From the IMG/VR virus record IMGVR_UViG_3300031784_000002: DNA of 64,000 bases. One strand, given 5' to 3'. The translations under genes were made by a program, and so were the position numbers. Each line of letters starts with the position of its first letter. Positions within the stretch are counted from its first letter, which is position 1. This stretch comes from a virus. Its lineage: Duplodnaviria; Caudoviricetes. The notes beneath the pieces were generated by a model. That model had not been told where the DNA came from, did not search any database, and saw only the letters and a program-made list of their open reading frames with translations. This document shows, in pieces, positions 34,131 to 46,100 of the stretch.

Positions 34131-37100
34131 ATGTCAGAAATTAAAAGAGTAAAAATCAGCTCGATCATTGGAACCCAAATTCCAGAATTCTTATCCATAG
34201 AATCTCCGCTTTTTAGTGAGTTTCTTGCACAGTATTACAATTCATTAGAATATCAGTCAGGACCGATTGATATCGTTTCTAATATTGTAAACTATAAAAA
34301 TTCTAAAGCATTTAATAATGTAGAGTTAACTGAAAAAACTACTTTAACTTCTGATGTTTTATCTTTTGATGATGTTATAAATGTTGAGTCTACTAAAGGT
34401 TGGCCAGATTCTTATGGACTGTTGAAAATTAATGATGAAATTATCACTTACTTATCTAAAACTGAAACCTCCTTTCAAAATTGCATTAGGGGATTTAGTG
34501 GGATTGAGAACCTAGAATCTCTGGATAACCCAGAATTTTTGGTTTTCTCATCAACTAAGGCAGCCGAACATACGGATAATAGTGTAGTTCAAAATCTAAG
34601 TAATCTATTTTTGATCAAATTTTTTGAAAACTTTAAGTATGAGTTTTTACCTGGTTTTGAATCCAGAGATTTCTACAAAGATATTTCCATTGAAAATGTA
34701 TCTTACAAGATTAAAGACTTATACAAATCAAAAGGAACAGATTTATCATATAAACTTCTCTTCAAAATTTTATATGGCGCAGATATTGAAATTATAAAAC
34801 CACAAGATTATACCCTTTCACCATCTTCAAACTCTTATTTTATAACAAAAAATATACTAGTAGAAAAAATTTCTGGCGGTAATCCAATAGATATCAAGGG
34901 TAACTTTTTATTCCAAAACATAACTGGAATTGGTACTGTAAGTGCTTCAATTTTCAACGTTGAGTATCGACCAGTGGGAGAAAAAGAATTTTATGAAATT
35001 TCTTTGGATAGTACATCATTTAGTGGTAATTTTCAAGTTTCGGGTAAAACTAGAATACTGGAAGATGTACAAGTAAACAATAGTACTATTTTAGTTGATT
35101 CAACTGTAGGATTTGCTAATTCTGGAACTATCCTGGTAAAACCAAAAAATTCCGATTTCATTAAAGTAAGTTATACAGGAAAGAACATTAATCAATTTAC
35201 TGGAGTTACAAACGTAACTCAATTTTTAGATTTTGGACTCGATTTAATCGAAGAAAAATTTGCTTTTAGTTATGTTGGAGTAGGAAATACTTCTAAGGTA
35301 GAGTTCCGAGTAGTTAATGTAATTGATAATATTGATTTTTCAAAAACTTCAAATTTAAGAGTTGGAGATAACATATCTTTATCTGGATTTGGTAAAGATT
35401 TGTATGATACTTATGAGTTTAATAGTTGGATCTATAATATTCCAACTAATCATAACATAAGAAGTATTTCACAAATTGATGCCACAAAATACAGAATTAA
35501 TTTATTTGATAAAATTTATTTTTATCAAAATGAAATTATCTCACTTTCAGATAATCTAGGTAGTTCAATAGAAGCTAAGATTATATCCGTTGAATATTCA
35601 ACTTCAGATTCAATTAAAAAATATAGTAATAGGATACTGATTCAAGTTATAAATCCAGGAACATACAATGTTTTAACTTCGAAAGTTGTAGGGAAGAAAA
35701 TTTATAAGTCAAATCATTATAGCAATTATTTTCCAAATCTGGAAAATATTCCTGCAGGCATTCAAAATACATATATTGATTCTGAAGAAAAATATTTCTA
35801 CATTACTTCGTCCGGATTACCAAATTATACAATTTTCTCTACAGATAATAAAAAGACTATATCAACCATAGTAGGAACTTCCACTACGGATACATTTAAT
35901 GTTTTTAATCATAACCTGTTTAGTGGAGAATTAGTTTATTATTTGCCGGAAACATCTTCTGGAATATTAACAGGACTTTATTATGTCACAAAGATTGATG
36001 ATAATAGATTAAAATTATCTTATAGTAAGTCTGATATTTTTTCAAGAAAATATATCCAATCCACTTCTACGATTACTAATGATTCTCTATATAAGTTTGG
36101 ATATCAGAATAAAACTCTAAAACACCAGAAACTCTTAAAAAAATTCTATGTTGATAGTAGTAAACCGAGAGAGTCTTTTGATGATTTAAATGAAAGAACT
36201 ACTTTTAACAGAGAAGTGGGGTTATTAGTAAATGGAGTTGAGCTATTATCCCCCAACTTATTTGATGAAAACATTTATTATGGCAATATTACTTCAATTA
36301 ATGTCACTAACTCTGGACAAGATTATGATGTTATAGACGTTCCTCCATTAGAAGTTAAAGATGAGACTGGAACTGGGTTAAAAGCGCACCTAAACCTCTC
36401 AGGCAGTGTTAGAGAAATTAAAATATTAAACGCTGGATATGGATACCAAGAAAAACCAAAAATTACAATAACTGGTGGAAATGGTATCGGATGTATACTA
36501 GACTCCAACTTTGTTAAAACTAGAGTTTCTGCAGGATTTAAGGCTGATTTAAATGTAAGTACAGCAAATAACACTATACAATTTTTAAATACTATCCCAT
36601 TTGAAGATGGTGAAGAAGTTGTTTATGATTCTAACAAAAATAGTAACGTACCCGGAATTGTAAATAACTCAACCTATTTTGTAGGCATTCTTACAGATAA
36701 TAAGATTAAACTCTTTAATACTAAAACAAATGCTCTTCAAAAAGTAAATGAAATTGATATCGTTGGAGTTTCTTCCGGATTTCACTTCATAACAACATTA
36801 AAAAATAAAAATACTTTTACTAAAATTTATGTTAAAGAGTCTGGACAAGGATACTCAAATAGAAAAGTAAGAGTTCCATCAATACTTTCTGGAGATAATA
36901 GAAGTTCTGGAATTAATACTTTTGATTCGTATATCTTTGCAAAAAGCCACGGATTTAAAGATTTCGATCTTGTAAAGTATTCATATCAAGGTTCTGCAAT
37001 AAGTGGATTATCGACTTCAGTACATTATTATGTCAAAATTATTGATGTCAATAAATTTAGATTATATGAAGCTGGAATTGGAACTACTTTAAATAATGAA

Positions 37101-40100
37101 AATTATGTAAAAAATAAATTTGTAAAATTAAATTCACTTGGAGTAGGTACTCACACTATTGGATATCCTCCTATCGAAATACGTGTAGAATCAAAATTAG
37201 CGATAGGATCTACAACTATAATAAATCCAGAACTTAAGCCAATTGTATTGGGATCAATCGAAGATGTTTATCTCGAAGATGGTGGAATTGGTTTTGGATG
37301 CACAAATATTATTAACTATCATAGAAGACCTAACGTAGGAATTGCAAGTATAACAGCTGAGGCAATTTTAAAACCAATTATTATTGATGGATCAATTGTT
37401 GATGTTCAAATTATTAACAGAGGAAGGGGATTTAGAGAAAATTCGGAAATTATAATTTATGGCGATGGCAAATATGCACAAATAGAACCTATTGTTGCGG
37501 ATGGAAAGTTATCCAATGTAAACATTGTATTTGGTGGTATAGGATACAAGTCATCAAATACTATACTTGTATTGAAAAATAGAGGTCAAGATGCTAAGTT
37601 CTTAGCCAATGTAAAAGAGTGGAAAATAAATCAAGTTGCAAAAAGTAGAAATGTAATTTCCGAAGAAGATGATGGTGTGCTTTATCCAAGTAAAAACCCA
37701 AATTCGGAACTACAATTCTATAATTTCTATATTCCTAAAAAGTTAAGATATCAGTTATCTGATAATTTTACCGACGATAATAAAGAAAATAGTGGAATAT
37801 TAAATCACTCACCAATTTTAGGTTATGCATATGATGGCAATCCAATCTATGGTGCCTATTCATATGATAAAACTAGTGGTGGATTCATAAGAAGAATGAA
37901 TTCTAGCTATGTTTTAAATTTAAATTTAACTCCAGGAATAAGACCTCCATCGTTTGAAAGTGGATTTTTTATTGATGATTATGAATATGATGGATCTGGA
38001 GATCTTGATCAACATAATGGAAGATTTTGCATTACTCCAGAGTATCCTAATGGAACTTATGCATATTTTTGTACCATAGATGTTAATGCCTCTAATGAAC
38101 CTATCCCAAGATATCCCTACATTGTAGGACCATATTTTTACAATAAACCATTAACTGAAAATTTCTTACCATCGTATAATCAGGATCTTGACATCTTTAC
38201 CAAGAATTTAACTAGAAATGTAGGACCGTATTATTTAAATAGATCCAATTCATATTATGATTTGATTGATAAAGTATCGAATGAATACAAACAAGAGTTT
38301 TATGTAACCTCAATAAATTCTGGTAAAATAGAAGATGTTTCTATATTCTCCCCTGGAGATAATTATAAAATAAATGACCAAGTTGATGTTGACATAACAG
38401 ATACAGAGGGAATACAATCAAATATAGTTGTAAGTGAACTAGATGGTAGAGAAATAGAGTCTTTCAGTTTATTTGAAGATTTAATTCCAAATGTAGAATT
38501 CTTTATAAGAAATCCAAATACTGTTGTAAAGACAAGTTCTCCACATCAAATTAAAAATGGCCAACCAGTTTTAATAAGTGGAATATCAACAATTACATCA
38601 TCAAAATTTGAGGGAATAAAATATGTTGAAGTTGCGGAAAAAACTTCACAATTATTAGATAATATTGCTACAGAAGGTGTAACTGGACTATCGACATTTA
38701 TAACATTAAAAGATATCACTGGATTTAAAATTAATGACTTTATCGGTATAGGAACAGAAGTATTATTAATCACTGACATTGATTCCAAACGATCTGGATT
38801 TTATGTAAATAGACTCCAAAATACAGGAGTTCATACCGCAGGAATAGATAGTGTAGTTTTATTACCAAGAGAATTTTCAATTCCTACAGGAGATATTAAA
38901 GACCTAACTTTTGATAATTATACAACATTTTTTGACCCAAAATTTGCTGTAGGTATTGGTACAAGTGTAACGACTCGCACGGTTGTTGGACTTGGCACTA
39001 CGTCGTTTGAAACCAGATCGATACCACCAAGAAGTATATATTTACCATCACATAAGTTTTATACTGGCCAACCACTAATCTATAATTCTGGTTTTGCCGG
39101 TACATCACTATATGTTAACAATGTAGGATCTGCAACATCCATCAAATTACTTGATAATCAGATAGTTTATGCTGTAAATTTAGGAAAAGACTATGTTGGA
39201 CTATCTACGATTGGATTTACTAGTTCTACTGGAATTGGTACTAATTTAAATTCTTTAGAGTTTTGGGATCAAACTTTTGCTTATGGTGTTATTGGTGCGG
39301 CTCATTCATTAACTACTTTAAATCCAAAAATTACGGGAACAGTAGAAAAAGTATTAGGAGTAGTAACTACTAAATCAAATCATAATTTAAATAATGATGA
39401 CATTATTACTCTCAAATTAACTACAGATTATAATGAAGTTGTCAAAGTAGTTTTTGATCCAGTAAATAGAAAAGTTTTAATGAGAGAAATTTCTTTCTCG
39501 GACAGTAATGTTTCAGTTCAGGAAAGTTCTATAAATGTTTCTTCCTATAATGGTAATATAGAAACTGGTGACAAAGTTGTTTATATTGCTACATCCCCTA
39601 TTAATGGACTAGTCAACTATGGTGTTTATTATGTCCTTAAAACAGACTTCAATTCTATAAAATTATGTCAATATAGGAGTGACATAAATGAATCCAAATT
39701 TATTAATTTCTCTTCAACTGGTGGTGTCGGTTCAACTCATAAGTTATATTTTGTCAACCCACAAATTTCATGTGTGAGAACTACGAAGATAGAATTTGAT
39801 TTATCTGATACTAGTTTAATTAATCTTGATTTACAATTCTATTTTGATTCCAATTTCATTCAAAAAATTAATGAAAGAACTGGATTTTTTGTAAGTAGAC
39901 AAGGAGTTCCAGGGAATCCTAATTCCAAAGTTATTTTGGATCTTTCCGCACAGTTTTTCCCAATTTATTATAATCTTTTCCCCAAAGGTTCTTCAGATGA
40001 AAGTAAGAAACAAATATCTTCAGATGATGATGTGAAATCGCATAATAAAATTTCAATCATAAATCATCAACTTAACAGTAAATTTAAAGTATCTGTTTCT

Positions 40101-43100
40101 TCAGATAAAACATTCTCCTTCTATAACACTAAAAAGTTAACTTTTGTTGAAAGTAACATTATTATTCAAAGTGCTACTAAGTTTTCTTATAAAACAACTT
40201 CTACTAATGCATTAGGGCCAATATCTAAATTAAAAATTAATTTCCCAGGTAGAGGTTATAAGAAATTGCCAAATATTAGAGGAATAAGAAGTTCTTCTGG
40301 TAAAAATGCAGTATTGAAACTCATATCTCCAAATATTGGAAGAGTTGAAACTTTTAGTAGAATTAAGGATGGATTTGATTATCCAACAGATCCAACATTG
40401 TCACCATCCCTAAGTGTTCCTACTGTAATTGGAATAAAAGATATAAGAACCATAGATTATGTTGGAATTATTACTGGCGGTAAACGTTATAACAGCCCAC
40501 CAAAACTAGTAGTGAAAAATGATACTAGTGGAATTGAACTTAACGCTAAAATATCTGGTGGATCTGTAATTTCTGTGGATGTTATTAAAAACTCCACATC
40601 ATTATCAACACCATTAGACATTGTTCCAATATACAACTCAAATGGTTATGAAATTGATGCAATTACAGTAGGTGGTGATTTAGTAACACTCGAATTATTG
40701 AATAATTCTACCTTTAATCCTTTCATATCTTCTGGATTTGGAAGAACCGATTTTGTATATCCTTTTAAAATAGGAGATAAAATTTTTATTGAAAACTGCA
40801 GATTGACTGACGTTACATCAGACAATGCCAACTTCAATTCATCTTCATATAATTATTCCTTCTTTGACGTTGTTGGTGTAAACACTAACAATGCCACTGT
40901 AACCTATAACATGGCTGGAATTTCTACAGGATCTTTTGGTACATATAATGATGAACTTAATCTAGGCGTTGTTATTAATAAAAATGATATGCCAGAATTT
41001 ACTATGGTGTTAAAAGATGATGTTAGTTATATCTCGAATGAAAAGGTATCTTCAGAAACATTTTTTGGTACAGTAATGGAAAATGGTTGGGATAATAATC
41101 TCAATCAAATGAGATTAAAAAGTATTTCTGGAGAAATAAACGCAGGAGATAAAATTTTTGGAGAAATATCCAAGATAAATGGTACAGTTGAATATTTCGA
41201 TGTATTTAATTTATATGCTACCCTTGGAGTTTCTAGAGATAAAACATCTTCTATAGATCTTTCTTCTGGTATTTTAAACGATTCCTTACAAAAAATTTCT
41301 GATAATTTTTATTATCAAAAGTTTTCTTATTCAATCAAAGGAAGCATTCCTTACAACGTTTGGAGAGAATCCGTAAGATCGATTGTACACCCGTCCGGAT
41401 TTAAGGAATTTTCTGATTTAGAAATTTTTACAAAACCAACTTTAAATGAAGTTAATTTGGGAATTGCTAAATCTACTGGCATGAAACCAACTTTACTATC
41501 AACAGATTCATTTACTTTTATTAACATTGATCAGACAATACCATTAAATCTGCGGTCAAATTTTGCTAGAGTTTATGAAGAAGAATTGTTGCCTGATGGA
41601 TCTATACAAAATGTATATCTTGATGAAGGTGTTGACTTAACATCTTATATAATTAACAAAACAAATAAAGTCATTGAAATTGATAACATTAGTGATCAAT
41701 TTGAAGGAAGTTCCATACAATCGTTAGACCAACGTTTTTATGGAGGTGCTGATTTATTAGAGGGTAATAGAACTTTTATTCAAGAAGAAGTAGTAGGATT
41801 TATTACTACAAAATATCCAGGTATTAGTACAAATGTTGGATGGAGTAAAACTGTATTTTATGATAGTGTTGGATATGTTGTTGATGCAGTTACCCATGAT
41901 GTTAAGTATAAATCAAATAATAAATCTATTGAAGGGGGATTGAGTTATTGGGCCGGACTTGGCACTAGTTATGTTGCAGGAATACCAACCGAAACAATCG
42001 ATGCATTTAGATATGTTGTAGATTTATCAAAATACATTATTAATAATGTTGGAGTAAAGACATCTTACCAACTATTAAATTCTGTTGGAATATCTTCAGT
42101 TGTTTATAACAATATAACTGGAGTAACGACTGTTGGAACAACAACTAGCCATGGATTATCTACAACTACTACTAATTATGTTGTATTAAAGAATATATCC
42201 TTCTCATACAATCCAGGCAGTGGAATAACCACTTCAATTTTCCCAAGTTTGAGTTTAACCGGACCATTAACAGCTGAAAAATTTGTATATGAGGTTGAAG
42301 TTGTCGATTCGGTAAGATTTAGAATAAGAACAGGACCATCAACTATAAGTTATACTTATTTAAGTGGTGGTACAGCTCAAAAAGCCTTTATATCTACATC
42401 TCAATATCTAAGTTATGCAGTTCTACCTGATTTTGATTGTAATCCAAATTACAATGAAAATTGTTATGCAGACGTTCAAGCATCGGTTAGTAATTATGTT
42501 GGAATAATTACTACTATAATTGGGATTGGAACAACAGCAAGTCCTGATACAATAGTATCTCCATCTTTAGCAAAAGGTGGATCAGTAGTTGGATTGAGTA
42601 CTTTTAAATTAAAGAATAAAGGAACTTCTTTGTTTAAACATGAGTTTTCTGGTAGTAAAGTTGATATTGTTAATGACAAGTTTATAATTCCGAATCATAA
42701 TTTCCAATCTGGACAAGAGTTAATATATTCATATTCTGGTGGAAGTCCAGTTGGTATTGCAACTACTTCACATGTTACCGGCAATCTTGATACCCTACTA
42801 AATGTTCATAATTTCAGCGGAACAGCTGTTTTTGAAAATGGTTATAATGTTGGAATTACAACTGTTATTTCCGGAACAGTTCCAACTGGTCCAACTGGAA
42901 CTGTGAGTTATAATCAAGTAATTGGAGTTAACACTACTGGATTTGGAACAAATGCTGTATTTAATGTTTTAATTAATTATAATGGAGGAGGAGTTGCCAT
43001 ATCTACATCTATCATTCCAACTTATGGTGGATATGGATATAGTCTAGGACAACAAGTTTCTATTTCTGGAACTTATTTTGGTGGAACAAATCCAACTAAT

Positions 43101-46100
43101 AATTTGACATTCAATATTTCTAAGACAGGCCCTACCGTAATTCAAGCTCAAGCAAATACAAGTTATTCTTCAGTTCCTTCATCGGATGCAAGTGGAGCAA
43201 TTTTTGACGTTTCTAGAGATTCTAACGGTGCTGTTACATATGTAAAAGTACTAAACGGTGGATCCGGCTATACTAGTAACTCTGTCATTTCTATAGCAGG
43301 AACTTATATTGGAGGAATAAATTCGAGAGATGAACTGTCATTCACACCATTAGAACTTGGCACTAAAAACCTACCAACATCAGTGTTTGTCTATAAATTA
43401 AATGATAATGAATTTAAACTTTCTGGTTTATCTACAAGTGTATTCTTTGATTTAACTGGTGTAGGTACAGCAACACATTCACTTTCATATAAAGAACCAA
43501 ATGCCAGTGTAGTTATTACCATAGATGGAATAATACAAAAAGCAGTGGCTAGAAAATCACTAAATGTTTCTTTTGCCTCTAGTGTTTCTTCCGCTTCTAC
43601 AACAATAATAAGCATTTCCTCTGGAATTTCATCTTTATCCACAGGTGATATTATTAGTATTGATAGTGAATATGTTTCCATCAAAACTATTGGTATAACC
43701 TCTGCAAATCAAATAGAAGTTGCAAGAGGTTATTTTGGAACAGTTGCAACTGCACATACTGTTGGTGCTAGTGGAACAGTATTGGTAGGTGACTTTAATA
43801 TCGTTGGAGATGTAATATACTTTGATCAAGCTCCAAATGGAAAAATTGGACCAGTTGGATTAGAAACTGGATCTACATTTGGCGGTAGAGCGTTCAGTAG
43901 AAGGTTTGATCCAAATATTCCACAAGATAAAAATATATTATTTGATGATATATCACTATCATTCACTGGTATTGCAGCTACAGAATTTACTTTAAAATCT
44001 GGTGGACAAACTACTAGTACTGTTTTTAATAACGTAAACAGTTCTACTAATATTAATAACAATCCAATAGTCTTAATTAACAATGTATTCCAAAATCCAA
44101 CAAGTGATTATACAGTTGATGGAGTTGGTACAAACGTAATTAAGTTCTTATCGGGAACTCCAAATTCTGGAAAAATATCAAAAGTTTCGATTTCAACTAG
44201 TTATGGATACGCTCCAAGAATTGGAGCAGCTGCTACTGTAACTGTTTCTGCTGCTGGAACTATTAGTAATGTCATTGTTATTGGATCTGGATCTGGATAC
44301 AGAAATCCTCCTGTTGTTAGTATTGCATCCACTATTGGATTTGGTGCAAGTATTGTAGTTACAGTAAGTGCTGCAGGTACAATTTCTGGATTTACTATTG
44401 TTAACGCTGGATCTGGATATACCACTACTTCACGACCTGAAGTTGTAATTGGAATCCCAACAGGTTACAGTAACCTAGGTTTAGGTTATACTGGAGGAAC
44501 ATCTGGAGTCGGCCAAAAGGCAAAACTCACCGTTGAAGTGGGTATGGGATCTAGTATAATAACATATAAATTTGATGAACCTGGTATCGGATATAAAGTG
44601 GGTGATAAACTTACACCAATTGGAATAGTAACCAATCCAGCACTAAGTTTTCAACCTTTTGTATTAACTGTTGAGGAAGTAGAGACAGATAGTTTCTCCG
44701 GATTTTATCCCGGACAATTTATACAATTTAATGATATTTCCGAATTCTTTAATGGATTCACAAAGAAGTTCACTCTATCAACTACGTTAAATGGAGTAAA
44801 ACAAGTTTTAGGATTAAGAGTTCCTGATGGAACTGATTTGGACATTACCAATAATATTTTTATATACATAAATGACATTTTACAAGTTCCTAATATAGCA
44901 TATAAGTTCTCTGGAAGTAGAGTAATATTTACTGAAGCACCTAAGGCTGGATCTAAATGTGTTGTCCTTTACTATAGGGGATCTTCAACTGATGTTGAAT
45001 TAATTGATCCACCTAAAACTATTAAACCTGGAGATACGATAACTATACAGGAAAATCCTACAGATTTATTTGATATTTCTCAATTTGATAGAGTTGTTAA
45101 AAAAATTACATCTGCTGATCAGTTTGAAACATTTAATTATTATTCTGTTGGCATCATTACAGATCCAACAAAGATTAGACCTCTTACTTGGAAGAAACAA
45201 CTTAATGATACTGTCATTAGTGGATCATTATACTCTAAATCTAGACCAAATTTACAGAGCAGTGTTAAACCTTCTGCAACTATTATTAAAAAAGTAGATC
45301 CCAGTGATACTGTAATATATGTTGATAATGCATATCCATTATTCTCAGATTTGGATGCTCTTCCAGAAGATATAAGAGATGCACTAATATTAGAAAATAG
45401 AGTTATTCAAGAATCTTTAGGTGAATGTGTAGTTTCATCTGCGTCTACAATTTCATCAATTACCATCATAGATGGTGGAGTTGGATATGCAAATACACAG
45501 TCTCCAAAAGTAATTATTTCCGAGTCACTAATTACTAAAAAAGATCCAATTTTTAATTGGACAGGCGGCGTTGGACTATCAACTACTTATAGTCTAAAAT
45601 CTATTAAATATACAAATAAATTCATTTCAGTTGGAGATAATTCAATATATTCTACAAGTTTTGATGGAGTAAATTGGCAAGTTTCTACACTTGGTTTTGG
45701 TCAGTCTTCCAATTTTAATTCACTAGAATCGGTTGCTGTTGGATCAAGTAATTTCTTACTTTCTGCAGGAAATCTTGGACAAGTAATAAAAGCCACAGAT
45801 TATGGAAATGTGGTATCTTCATGGACGCAAATCCCATTACAAGAGGATGTTTCAATTCCAGGTTTTGGTGCAGTTAATAGAGTGAGTAGTGGTTACACGG
45901 GAACTTTTGCTGAAATTGTATACTCCAGTACCACTGATACTTGGGTTACAGTTGGTGCTGGTGGATCTATATTTGTCGGAACTGGAGTTGCTACTGATTC
46001 ATTTGTTAGTAGGTATTCGGAAACATTATCTAATTTAAATGGCTTAACTTTTGGAGCTGAGTATTTCGTTGCCGTTGGTAACGATGGAATAATTAGAACA

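Noticed and set aside
43635-43643. Isolated TTATCCACA inside gp7
   Set aside because: A single copy in coding sequence is expected by chance.
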